DNA from: Owenia fusiformis
Taxonomy: Eukaryota
DNA length: 64,000 bases
Direction of reading: 5' to 3'
NCBI GenBank assembly: GCA_903813345.2
Contig: CAIIXF020000001.1
Coordinates: 12,834,001-12,898,000 of the forward strand
The notes below the pieces were generated by a model, which saw only the letters and a program-made list of their open reading frames with translations, made no database searches and was not told the DNA's origin. Positions 48,216 to 61,900 of this stretch are shown here, piece by piece (the stretch's first letter is position 1; every line of letters begins with the position of its first letter). Made by a program: the position numbers and the translations under genes.

Positions 48216-51200
48216 TTAAGAATCTGTCTGGAAATTTTGAAATTGAAACAAATATCGAAAATGTTGCTTACTACATCAGCTCCATGAAAAATTAATTTTA
48301 TGTTGTTTGTATATTATTTTGATGAAAGTACTAGTCACCTGGATGTTACATATAGAGGTTCTTGCATGGAAGTATTGATGAGCTTTGATAATTGTTCTTC
48401 TAAACCCCATCAAGAATGGACGATCTTGCACAAGTATATATTAACCTCCATATACATGTATTATCATACATGTATGTAGTATTTATACATTATTTAGATT
48501 GCATATTTATATAAATATGTTTATATTATATTATTAATCATTATTTTATTATATTTATATTATATATGACACATAAGCAATAAGTATGAACAGGTGAGAT
48601 ATTGTACATAAAAATAATTATTATTATTATATTAGTGATCCCTCCATGTTTTTCTTAATAAGGTGCTAATTCAAACTTTACCTGCTTGGTCAGTATTTCA
48701 CCCTTTTGACAGGGTGCAAATAGAACAGAGTGTGACACCTGATTGCGCCAATGATGCAAACAAACTGGTCATATTTAATTCCAGAGTGTTACAGTCTCTC
48801 ATTTCGTTTTAATGTAGTATGGCGTGGAGCTACATGTGTAAGTCAGGAAGTAAGCTTTAAAAATAAGTCAGTAATAAAAAATATGAAATAAACAAGACTG
48901 AAACAAAATAACATAATTGACTTATCTTGCAATATAGTTATAGATTGGTCTATTTCTCTAAAAATGTCATTCTTTTCTCAAATTATGTCAAAATTCAAGA
49001 ATAGACACAGCAATGTCAATATGAAATGACCAAGAATGTTTCATTATTTCCAAAGTTGAACCGTTGATTTGGGAATTCATAGATATGAGTGTTTTGCACA
49101 TGTTGTATCATGGGACCTTAAATAAATATTATTATTGGTCACTGAACATTAGGTTTAGAAATGATACTGCAGGGGCAGAGTGCCGACAATTCTAACATGA
49201 GAACCTTTTCAAAGACAAATTATGTGACAGATAATAGATCTTTTAGATTACTGTCTCGTTCAGTTGTTTACATGCAAGCAACATGCTGCAGTTCTCGTGA
49301 AACATGTACTTATCTTTCTAAATCACTTTTTATAATGATGACCATTGATTTTTCTGGAAATACACCAAATTCACCGATATGGTCTTTATAATATGTCGCA
49401 TTAATGATGTAACGCAAAATGACTTACTGTGTCATGATTAATTGAGATAGCGATATGTTAAAGTGAAAGAATATAAGATTTAATACATGTACAGATAGTA
49501 GGAATATGCAAATAATACTAAATAGACTTGTCAAACTGATATATGTGTATTTGAATGTTAAATGAAAAGATCTATATCAATGTGATGAAATATAATGCAG
49601 TAATAATTTCCTACATGCACTTATACAGTAAAACATTTAGTCCTTGTGTTAAGACTAGCTACACCCCTACATATAACTGTCCAGGGGAAATACCCGGGGG
49701 GGGGATAACCAATTGTTGGTTGGAGGGGGAGGGGACAACAATATCATTTTACCAACACCTATTGGAGATTAAAGTTCAAATTAATATATATATTTTTCAA
49801 ATTAATATTATTGCATTTTATTTCGCTTTATTGATTGTTCACATTTTTATCAAGTTTTCATATTATCATGAGGTCTTCACATATCATAGTTCTTATTATC
49901 AAAGTACTTATATGAAAGTGATTTAACTAGATTGTAAGTTCATTCTAAGGTGTTCATATATTATTAGAGTGTTTACATAATTACTATGATCTAAACATGT
50001 AAGTGTTCACATTTCTTCACAGTTACTATCATTGCAGTGTTCGACTATTTAAGGTTTAGTGTAACCAAGAATTTCTATTAATGACAGTATTCCATATGCC
50101 TGCTCTCTCTACTGAGAATATGGTAAATTACAAACGAGAAAATCACGCTTTTTAGAAAATCAATGTTAGATCTAAGTTGTGTGATATAACATGCATCGCT
50201 ATGGTATGATTGGAAAATCTATCATAAAAACCCTTTAGTGTTTAATGCTCAGCTTGCTACAACAAACGCATGTCACGAAAAATGCATTAATATGTTGCTA
50301 CTAAGTCTACAGTATTGTCATGCAGCGCATGTTCTGGCTTGAGTTATTAGCTGTGTGCATGATAATGAACGCTCTAATCAATAGCTCCTATTGATTACCT
50401 AAATGCCTTCATATGAAATAATACTGTTGTTTTAACGGCGCAAAAGCAATATTCACATTTCAGAGTGGCTAGTCGAGGGAAATTAAATCCCTCACATTCG
50501 AGTAATCACATTAAAAGAGTGTATTATTGTGCTTTGATATTCAATGCATGTCTAGAATGTCTTCGAAACTCAGTCCATGTTTTATTATTTTATTAAGCTA
50601 TTGGGGTCTATACCATATTCCATAAGAAATGACCGTGTATGGGAGAAAGATATCTTTACTAATGGCAACCAATTTTTTAACAGGATGTACATTTATGACT
50701 TTGCACTTACTAGTTCCGTGATATTACTTTTTCACCATTTTTCACACTTTAATCAGTTGGTTAACATTTTCAATTAAGGAGACGAACAAAATTAGGAAAT
50801 AAAAAGAAGAGAACAGAATAAATCGTTATAGCACCTTTGTCTTAATACTCAAATCTGATTGGTCAAGAGGTGGTGATAAGTATGTACTGTACAATTGAGT
50901 TTGGGTAGACATTCCTGTAGCCTGAGAGCCTTACTCTTTAGAGACCAAATATTGGGAGAGATGTACTGATACAGATTCTTAATTAATTCTTAATTATACA
51001 ATGAATGATATAGCAATTTGTTATGATTTCTTGTTTGATTAAAATATCCCATTCTGATACTCATAGCATCTTTCTGTTTCACCTGAAACATCTCAGGGCT
51101 GAGAAGAAATGAGATGTCCTGGTTTATCATGATGCAAATATCCTCCATTAAGACCAATCAATTTTTTTCATGGAAATTATTTAACCATGTTTGATATTTA

Positions 51201-51699
51201 ACACCTTTGTTGTTTTTCTACCATGCAACCGTTTTAGCAATTATACAGAATTATGTGTGACATCAAATAGTTTCTTATTTGTTAAATGAACAATTACACG
51301 TCTCTTTTCTCATAATGTAACACAACAAACTAATTATCATTCAACTTTTTACGACTGGACATTACAGTCGCTGTATTGGTTGGTAAGGTCGTTTCATATG
51401 TTCATGTACATGCATGTACGTGTCGGGTCGTGTATACATTAAGTGCATGTAACAGGTGGTGAGTTGCCCACAGCCAATAACTGCATGACACTATGTTTTA
51501 TCTAAACTTGTAGGATAAAGGCAAAGCATTATTTCAGTCATAGTTAAACAGTTGAATTTCCTGCTTTTTAATGAAATTGGGACGTTGATAATACAAGGAC
51601 TTTTTACATCTGAGGCTTTCAGGTGGGTTTAGATAAAAAATATTCTGCATAAACAGATAAATAAAACATTGAATTTAAAGTAAAATGAATACACAAAAA

Positions 51700-51935
51700 C
51701 AAATATACTGTAAATCATGCACTTCATTATTTATTTATGATTTATTTTCCTATTGGACTACATGGCAAAAGTTGGCATTGGATTTGTTTATTCACTTATC
51801 ACATAAAAATACATACTGTAAAACATGTTCTTCATTACATAATATTCACACATTTCAAATATACTTATGATTTATTTTCCTATTGGACTACATGGCAAAA
51901 TTTTACGTGTGACTTGTTTATTACTTATCACATTT
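51700..51935. repeat. 130-bp tandem duplication
   Basis: TATGATTTATTTTCCTATTGGACTACATGGCAAAA at 51736 and 51866. Confidence 0.85.
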
Positions 51936-54900
51936 AAACCATCAATGCAAGCAGATACATATTTTACTGTAATTGTGAATTTTATGATATTTAATGGAGC
52001 ACACAATGGTTTATCACCTGTGCATGCATTATTGGTGATCACATATATGAGGTTAGATATAAAATGCCATCAGCAAGTGCGGTCATCTAACAGGTAAACA
52101 GGATTTTAATGATCTTAATGGTCTCTCATGCAGCTTTCTTGACCATTTATGGGTATTTGAATATGAGCATTGAATGTCAGCTGAAATTTAAAATTTTGTA
52201 AATTCATATGCTGTGACATATATTTTGCAACTGCTCGGAGTATATGATCTGAATGCCAATGGAACCAGCCAATAATGTTAAAATTGGCATGCATTCACAT
52301 TTTAAGTTTTTTAACATGGAAGTCTACATCTCAGAATTGGACCAAAACAGTGTCACTTGATAGGTGATAGGTTAGGGAGGTGCTGGAATATAAAAGTTCT
52401 TTAGTTCTTTACTACAGAACAATTTGCATAGTAAGTGTGGAAAAAAGATTGACATGGTCAGACTTGAGCATGTTCTTCCACGAAAACTTTTAAAAAAGAA
52501 TCTTTTTTTTCATTTTTGTCTCTTGCAGATTTTCAGATCTTGTCAAACATGTAGGATCTTCGATGATAATTATGTGAAATATCATAGACTGTTTTTTTAA
52601 ATTAAAATGTTGCCTTATATGAATGGCAACTCCAAATGGTATAGTTATGACAAAGTAAAAGCACATAATGACTTTTTTATGAGGTCATATTGCAATTAAC
52701 GAGGGCATTTTCACCATGAACATGAAATAATATATTTATTAAATATATGTCTCATACTGAATTTCATCAAACTTTCTAATAATGTTATTGAATGTCCAAG
52801 TGGTCTTAATTAATATGTAAAACAATCTTTTAATGTGTTTGATCTTAATTTTAAATCTTCTTTATGACATCATTACTTAAAAATGTAATCTAGGTCAGAA
52901 ATGCTAAAAATTGTCGCCCGCATAGTTACTGTAACAGTAGGTATGTATGTGATAAATGCAGGTTACAAAAAATGATAAGTTGATGCATAGGGAATTTACA
53001 TGTGAAAAAGTAGCCGATAGAAAACATTTTGCACAAACATAACACTTATACAGGGAGCGGGGGGGGTGTGGGGGTGGTTGGTGGAGATTTGCCATAGATG
53101 AGAATTGGTCACTGTCACTATGGCACTGCAGTATAAACAGGCCTCATTTACCATTGGAATTGATTTCATAATGCTCACTGTTGGTTGATTATTCTCTACC
53201 AGTTTGGATGGTGTAACTTAAATAGTATTACCATAGTTTAGAAATCACGATGTTGAACTGAAATAAACGTGCGCCATTTCCAAAATTTCAAATTTTATTT
53301 TGTGCATGATTGTTCACATGATCACAGCCTGAAATTTGACACCATATATTGATAGGCATGATTCTGATAAATTAAGTTAATGAATACCAAGTACGGTAAT
53401 TCCAAATAAGTATGGGAGCTACTCACTTATTCTGCACTTATTCAGTCCTTAGCACTTTGCCTCAAATTACTTACTGAAGGATTGTTTGTGTAGATTTTCA
53501 GTTGTTGGATACTTTCATCTTGGAGAATGATTACATATCTCACTTTAAATGGTTGAAGGTGATTTACCCCAACCACACTCACTGTATACTTAAGTATTAA
53601 ATATGAAATAAACAATTTTATTAAAAAGATTACATGTACCTCAAATTATCGTCGGATTATTTTTTATCAATCAAGTTAATATGAAGATTTTTACACATAA
53701 ATTATTCAACCACTCCCTCACCTCATCTTTTAAAAGTTTCTTTATTTTGCAGTTTGCATTATATTTGTTTTAAGACTCATTTAAAGAAAAGAGTCTGGGA
53801 AGATGAGAAAAATAAAGTTTCTCTATTTTGAAGGCTATTTTAGTATTCAAAATGCAACTTTTAATGTTTGCATTTATTGAAATGCTGTAATAAATAGTGA
53901 TACTAAATGTGCTCTATTTATTCAAAACATGCACTGCTAATTAAACATACATAAATTGTTAAAGATTACTTTTGTTTTTACCAATTTGTAAGCAGTTTAG
54001 ATCTTTGTTTTAATATGAAAGTCTTTAAATTTTTCTTTTCAACAAATTTATAATTTTGACATCACCTGTGATGATACAGGTGATGGCATTTGTTCTTCAA
54101 TTTCCCCAGTTGTTGTATTTTGCCTATGTACATTTACCATCTATAGATGCATCACCTTGTCAACACTTGGGTACATAATATTATGGCATTGTATGTAATA
54201 AATGGCTGCCATTTCTACAAATTCCAGAAGCTCTCTCTCAGGTTCTTTTGTACCAGAAGCGCTATGATATCATAATTGCAACTTTATTTATTCATCTCGG
54301 GATATATTGATGACATTAACCATTTATCATATTTAATCAAGCTAATGTTTTACTGGTTTTTAGTATGTTATCTATTTTAAAATAGGATATAGAATTACTC
54401 CTACCCTCCACCCCCTTACCCCTAGGTTACTTACCAATCGTTTCACCCACAAGATATTATGCCCATATTATGATGACATATTATATATGCAGGATAAGTG
54501 AATGTTAAACATAAATGCAAATATCAAGTTGCAAAAAGAGAAACCCCCTTTAGATTAGGGCAAAAAATTTCAAAACTTTTCGGACAACCCTCCTGTTATA
54601 ATAAGTACAGATGTACATGTTGCTGTAGATTAAAATTAATTTATCTATTCAGCCATGAATCAGTTGGTTGATATCTCTTCTCTCCAGCTTTTTTTCCTTA
54701 CATTTGTTTAAATGATCATTTTTACAATTCCTCAAACTTTGCCAATATTTCATGATTTTTCTCAATTGGGTTATGGGTTTTCAAATGAGAGCAAGTTTAT
54801 ATTTTTCAAATTTCGAAGTTTGTGTTATGCCCCTTTGCTTCAATACTGAATGGGCCACTGGTTTGTATAGTTAGGTACATTTCAAGTAAGAGCAGACGAT

Positions 54901-55449
54901 AGAATTCTTTTTTTATGACTTGTCAACAAAAAATTAACATCATCACTATTACATTAACTCTGATTAACTGTGTAGGATTTTTATAGAAAAACAACATTTT
55001 GAACTAATTTATATAAATGGTAGCTTATATGACACTAGTAATCATCTAATGATACTTACACGTACATAATGATTTCTTTAAAAAAATTGTCATTTTTTCA
55101 ATAACACTGTTTTTTATTAGTAAAAATATACATTCGAATATTGGATCAGTTATATAAAAAAATGTGTCCATATGTAAAATTCCACCAGCCAAATGGGAAT
55201 TAGATATCAATATAATACATATTGCTGGGCATTTCATTATATAATGAGTAAGATTGTACCCAGAATAACTTACATAATACATTATAATTACATTGTTAAT
55301 TTATTATGTCATGGGATTCGATTATTCGATTTATATATATGGTTATTTTAATTAAAACATTGAACGTTTAATTGTATGCGATGAATGTTGGGAGGAAAAT
55401 CAATGATCGTGCTATCGCTGAATAAAACAGGGAACTGCGTGTACATGTA

Positions 55450-55610
55450 GGGCAAACCAATCAATAAGTGTCTATAAAGCTGCCGCAAATGCCATTAGAC
55501 GATATCATTGATCTAACTCTCCTTGCAGTGCATGTGCGTGCATACACATACTTATAGCTAGTTGGTGATATTGATGTCTCGCTGAGGCTCAGCTTGCCTT
55601 TACAGTAAGT
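55450..55610 (+). promoter_or_regulatory. Candidate internal CCAAT/TATA promoter and non-coding first exon
   Basis: CCAAT 55457, TATAAA 55473, Inr-like TCATT 55505, donor GTAAGT 55605. Confidence 0.3.
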
Positions 55611-57451
55611 AATACAATAGTCCTGGCTGCCCATGTCATGCGGTCTGTGGCTCTATAAGTTACATGCTTATTGAAGTAATGGTTTGTTCTGGCTGTGAAC
55701 TGGTATGTATATATTTGCTGATCTTTTCTCTAATTTAGACTATACTGTCTTTATCTTAAAATGATTAAGCATTGTAATGTAGCTCAAAATCCAAACTTGA
55801 TTTCAACGTGATATGATTATTTATTAAGTTTTGTTCAGTTTATATAGTTAGGTTTGTTATTACCATAGTCACAATTAATTGACTCTTTTGAATTGACAAT
55901 ATTTTGGCGAGGAAGATGGTTCAGTGTATCATGGGTAAGTAAATGGTGTCTTAATGACAATATTAAATGGATCATCCAATGTTTTACTTATATTATATAT
56001 TATTTATATTCTGGTTATATACATAAAAATTATCTTCTAGGAGTTTCAGAATATTGGGATTATCCTGAGGGTAATACAACATTCCAAATATGAGATAACT
56101 ATATATTTAATTATATTATACATATATTAAAAATACAGTATGAGTTTATCTTTTAAAAAATAGAGGTGACTGTTAGACAGCTTTTCACATTCAAAAGCCT
56201 TTGCATTCATTTAGATAATAAAAAAACGATTTCACTTATTTTACTTTGAAAGTGATTACTTTATGACAATGATTGGGTAATATTTGAAAGTAAACACCAT
56301 GTTTTACCTGTCAACTGTTGCTGTCCATCGATGAATGATGCTATTGTGCTATTATGAGAAATAATGAAAAATTACGTTTGAGAGTGTGATGAACTGTCAA
56401 ATTATAATGTCTTCCATATTCAGTATTTTCCTTTAAAAATTGATATCAATAGTTTCAGGAAACTTGATCAATATACATAGCTTACCATCCCTAGTTTGAT
56501 ATCAACTCCATGATCTCTTGACAAATTGGGAAATTAAAGATTATAGGTTAAGATGAAAATATGTCTACATTCTTCAATAACTATGACATATTACATATAG
56601 AAAAAAATATTGCATAAAGTGATTCAACTTTTCAATGTTCTTTAAAGCAAAGTAAAGACTCGCTCAATCTTTCTTTTGACACCATTTCCAATGCAAAGAA
56701 ATTTTGACGTAGATGTCTATATGACATCTTTTCTTTTAAAAGTATTTAATCTCAGCTTCCTACAGTTATTTCTCTTTGATTGATAAATATACGTAATGCC
56801 TCTTTAAATGATAAAATATCAAATATTTCACAAACTTTTAGAATTCATAAAAAACATAGGAATTAGATCAGATTCTCTCAGACTTTCTGCATATATCACA
56901 AACATCTTGGACATTTTTTATATAGATTTTTATTGCCAATTTTTCTGTGGGAAACCTAAAAAATTAATAAAATAGTTTTAATGGATTGTAAAGGAGATTT
57001 ATCCTTTGATTATGATATCATATCATTCCTCTGGAGACACCCGATATATAATCCCTCCCTATAAAGGCATAACCTCTATTTAATTAGTAGTAAATAAAAA
57101 CAGTATTTATCATTATATATATTCTGTTTGGGGGTATATCTAAGAGACATGACAAATGATTATATTTTTCAGTTATTAAAAGTACATTTAGTATATTTTT
57201 ATAAAAGATATTTCCTCCATTTTAAAAAGTTGCTTGTATCTGATTCTTCATGCAAACTATATTTCAGTGTATAATAAAAATAAATGTTTAGCATTATTTA
57301 AGAGGGAGAATACCTTTTATTATGGCGACGGCTTTTGTGAATGGATGTTGACCCTTTGAAACGCTTATGGATTTGGAGACTGGATTTTTTCTATCCCACA
57401 TCATTTGAGACTGAATGCTCCATCTTGTATGAGTAATTGTATCTACAACTA

Positions 57452-58932
57452 TTTTTATCGCACTTTGAAAAAGTGCTATATTGTTGTCGTCTTGTGCTGT
57501 TGGGCGGGCGGGCGGTCGTGCGGGCGGGCGTGCGGGCGGGCGGGCGGGACATAAACCAAATCTTGTCATCAAATTTCCAGGATAACTGCTTACCTGTTCA
57601 ACTTGAAATTTTTACAGATGCAAGAGCAGACTAGTACCAAGATCTGATTAGGTTAAGGGCATGCTGGGTAAACTACATGGCGGCCATTTTGAATTTTTCA
57701 ACAAATCTTGTCATCAAAATTCCAGGAAAACCACTTATCCGTTCAACTTGAAATTTTTACAGATGCAAGAGCAGACTATTGCCAAGATCTGATTAGGTTT
57801 TGGGTATGCTGGCTGAATTACATGGTGGCCATTTTGAATTTTTCAATTTGGCGGCCATTTTGAATTTTTCAACTTGCTCCAAATTGACCAAATTTTTTTT
57901 AAAAAACATCTACAAGTTCTCAGAAGTTCGAATCTGACCTTAGATTTTAGATTTGACCTTTCATTCACCTTCAGTGACCTTGAAAAGGTCAAAAAAGTTG
58001 ATTTTCTAAATTGATATTTTGGATTTAAATTTAGGTCAGCTTAATTACAAAACACCTACTGAGGTCTGAAAAAGTTAAACTTTCAAGGTCGAAGGTCAAG
58101 GTCATTAAACTAGGTCACAAATGATGTTATCCAAGTTTCTCAAAGTTTGAGACTACAAATCAATTCTTGTCATCAAAATCCCAAGAAAACCGCTAACCTG
58201 TTCAACTTGAAGTTTTTACACATGCAATAGCAGACTAGTGCCAAGATCTGATTAGGTTTAGGGCATGCTGGGTAAACTACGTGGTGGCCATTTTGAATTT
58301 TTCAACAAATCTTGTCATCAAAATTCCAGGAAAACCACTTATCCGTTCAACTTGAAATTTTTACAGATGCAAGAGCAGACTATTGCCAAGATCTGATTAG
58401 GTTTTGGGCATGCTGGCTGAATTACATGGTGGCCATTTTGAATTTTTCAATTTGGCGGCCATTTTGAATTTTTTAACTTGCTCCAAATTGACCAAATTTT
58501 TTTTTAAAAACATCTACAAGTTCTCAGAAGTTCAAATCTGACCTTAGATTTCAGATTTGACCTTTTGTTGACCTTCAGTGACCTTGAAAAGGTCAAAAAT
58601 TTGATTTTCTAAATTGATATTTTGGATTTAAATTTAGGTTAGCTTAATTACAAAACACCTACTGAGGTCTGAAAAAGTGAAATTTTCAAGGTCGAAGGTC
58701 ATCAAATTAGGTCACAAACAATGTTATCTAAATTTTCCCAAAGTTCAAGACTACAAATAAATTCTTGTCATCAAAATTTCAGGAAAACCGCTTACCTTGT
58801 CAACTTGAAATGTTTACAGATGCAAGAGCAGACTAGTGCCAAGGTCTGATTAGGTTTTGGCCATGCTGGGTAAATTGCATGGTGGCCAGTTTGCTCTTCA
58901 AAGTGCGATATTTATCACTGTGTGTCTTGTTA
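57452..58932 (-). mobile_element. Helentron/HINE-like element, family D, with higher-order core repeats
   Basis: Subterminal IR TATCGCACTTTG/CAAAGTGCGATA; terminal hairpin GCACTTT..AAAGTGC; (GGGC)n; core arranged A-A-B-A-A-B-A. Confidence 0.78.
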
Positions 58933-60654
58933 AGGTTATGAGTATTGGCTATCAACTTAAAATTTTTTCTTCAACATGTATTGTAATGACTTCAGTATGA
59001 ATGAAATGTCCCTTGGTCTTCTGGTCTTGGATTGTGATATTGGTTCTTGAATGGTGGGGGGAAAGGGGGTATTAGACATTGTTTCTTTTCACGTTAGATC
59101 ATGGTTTTGGGCTATATGGGGTTTGTTTTTCTTGACTGGGATGCACTTATAGTTTGCTTTTTTTCTTGCTAAGTTCCATTACAACTTTTACACATGTATT
59201 TTCATGTAATTATGAACTTCTATTTTTATTGGTCTGTGACTGTCATACGTCGTGCCATATCATCAATGCTTATTGGTCAAATTACATTTATTGATCACAT
59301 CTCTAATATGAACAAAATGGCATTCCAAAATTTTGATGACGCACTTTGAACAAAAAAAAGATAGTTTCTAATGAAACGAAACAATATTATGACTTGATAA
59401 TCTGTTTAAAGATAAGGAAAGATGTAAGGAATATGATTATGCCAATTAAAACTCCGCAGTGATATATATTGAGATAATAGATAGTGGAAATGTTACATGC
59501 ACAGCAGAGGTTATTGCAAGTTCAACTTTGAATGCTGGCTTATCTCCTTCCCTTGCAGTAATCGTGGAATATGAATGGTATATTTTTATTTCGCCACTAT
59601 AAGCAGTGTCGATATTGTTGTCTTCATTTTTTTGTAGACAGTTTTCGGTTTTTGGTGGTTGGTGTTTTGCATTCAGCGATTGGTGTTTGGTGTCTGTAAC
59701 AAATGGCAGGTGGTGGCATTTTGCATGTTAACACCTTGTTATCATAAGTCACAGTTTGTGATGCCAGAGCTATGTAACTTGATTTTGAACCCAGAATCAG
59801 AAATATTACTCCCTGAATTGAATTTTTCATATCTTATAACACCTAAAACTACAATATAAGTTTTGCCTTTGTAAAACTAAGACAACGCGCATGGCCTTAT
59901 GCATGCCCTTGTTCTGTGTCATTTCATTAATTAACATGCATGCAGGTTTAACAGAGGACATGCAAACTTATACCTGACAATACAGTGTGAAATACTGGCA
60001 TACAGTAAAACCTGCCTTAATGAACACCTGTCTCTAGTTGACACCCTTCCTCCTCACATACTCTACTGACCTCTGTATAAATTACTCTTTATAGTGAACA
60101 CCTACCAACACTGAACATTTTTTCATAATAAGAAATGTTCAATATACACAGGTTTTTTGACATTCAGTATTTGTTGGTTTAGTTCACACATGTCATCAGA
60201 CCAGAGGCTAATGCAGTAAAATTTACAAGGTTATGTCTGCTCTTATAATCTCATTTTTGTTTTGCATATATTTTTGTGACATTTCACACTGTTATTTGAA
60301 AAAACTCACATTTTCTTTTTATCTGTATACGTGTAAGCTATGTTTGTACATATATTTATTCCTTTCTAGTTGCTCTTTAATTTTATATTTTGAATATTCA
60401 GCCATCATGACATGTTTACTGATATCTGTTTATCCTGAATGTTTCGTATTTATGTCACAGAGATTTGCATTTCATTTTAAAGGGACTTATTTGTATACAG
60501 TATTAACAGTTGATTTTATTACTAAAATGTGATTTCAATATGTTTAGCATTAAAGTCTCATTGTTACATCATATGGGGAAAATAGTTGTCAAGGGATAGC
60601 TTTTGTTCATTTCAATATCACCGGGTCAATTATGGAGCTGGTACACTTAGGCTG

Positions 60655-60833
60655 TATGGGCTTACCGTTCACCGCTGTGGGAATAACTTTCGAGCAGATG
60701 GCATGGATACACAGTCGACAAAACAAATAGTTTTACAGCTAGATATCTCCATCATACCTAATAAAAAATTGATTAATTAATTAAAAATTATTGCCCAAAA
60801 TTAGCAGTGGTGAATGGTAAACGGTAAGCCTAC
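60655..60833. mobile_element. Small inverted-repeat element
   Basis: GGCTTACCGTT..CACC(G/A)CTG arms inverted at the two ends. Confidence 0.5.
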
Positions 60834-61459
60834 ATGGCTATTGTGATAGCTACTTTAGATCATGATGAGCTACAGGTTCTCTCTCAGCCTTAAAGCTCTA
60901 CTATTCAGTTTTCGTATTTTTAAAGTTTCCAATACCAGACTTTTTCACAAAAAAGGATGTAAGAACAAAAGTAAAAGTAACAAGAATTTGGTCAAATTGA
61001 GAATTGAGCAAATATTTCTTGTGACTAAAAAGGTAGTTTTGATTATTTTGAAAAAAGTTTTATTTTCGAAATGTTTGAATTTCTCAACATCTAAACAAGC
61101 CAAAGTTAGGATTTTCAGCTTATCAAATTCTCTTGACAAGTTCTCCACTATACATTGTAAAATCTATTGTTTTTTCGACAACATTAGAAAGATCTGAAAA
61201 TCAAATTTAATTTCAATTTTGAGAATCCTAAAGTCAATTTTTGCTATATATTCATCAATTCATTGAGATACTTTTTAATTAACTTTTTCGCCTCTCGATA
61301 TTTTAAAAGTAAAGATTAATCTGAAACATACTTTCGATCTTGTCATATTTATTTAGATTTTCTTATAAAATCCCCCTTTTCACCTTGTTGTATTTTACCA
61401 TTTGTTGCCTCATGATATTTCAATTCCCCATTTACCATATCATGTTCTCATCTTACTGC

Positions 61460-61900
61460 GCACCCGCTAATGTGCCTTTGAGGTTGGCAAAGTCATCAGT
61501 GAAAACATCTGATAATACGTGCTCAAGTTGATAACAGCCAATATGCTTATGATTCCTTCAGACGGGTTTCAAGTGGGATTTATTATATTAAATAGTGGAA
61601 GGCTCAGAGATCTCTTACAGAGATTGACAATATTCATTTGTTTTGTTAAAGGCTCTCGTGCCAGTTTTATTAGACCTTTATACAATTTTTATCTCTAAAA
61701 TTGAATTTGCTGTTGATGCTTTGAAATTTGAAGCAATAAACACCAATGACTTCTATATTTGCAACACCCCAGAGTTCCCTACACATCTTTGGAATGTCAG
61801 TTAGTTCATTGTCTTCAATAGGCACCAAGTGGGTGGTTGCCATTCTTAGTCAGTCACCTTGACTTTCTGGCATCATATTAAGCCTCATCTTGATTCAATA
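61460..61900 (-). pseudogene. Possible heavily decayed Crypton/DUF3504-like remnant
   Basis: Broken minus-strand peptides YDARK..., ELTDIP, EPSTI, DVFTDDFANLKGTL in an order resembling Crypton N-terminal regions; many stops. Confidence 0.25.

Noticed and set aside
55574..55604. ATG TCT CGC TGA... as a second MSR(R) exon or a selenocysteine codon
   Set aside because: The following codons (GSACLY) do not match KQxxP and no SECIS was seen; likely chance.
57294..57634. ORFs with PPARPPAR or GGRA repeats
   Set aside because: Translation of the (GGGC)n microsatellite of the family D element.
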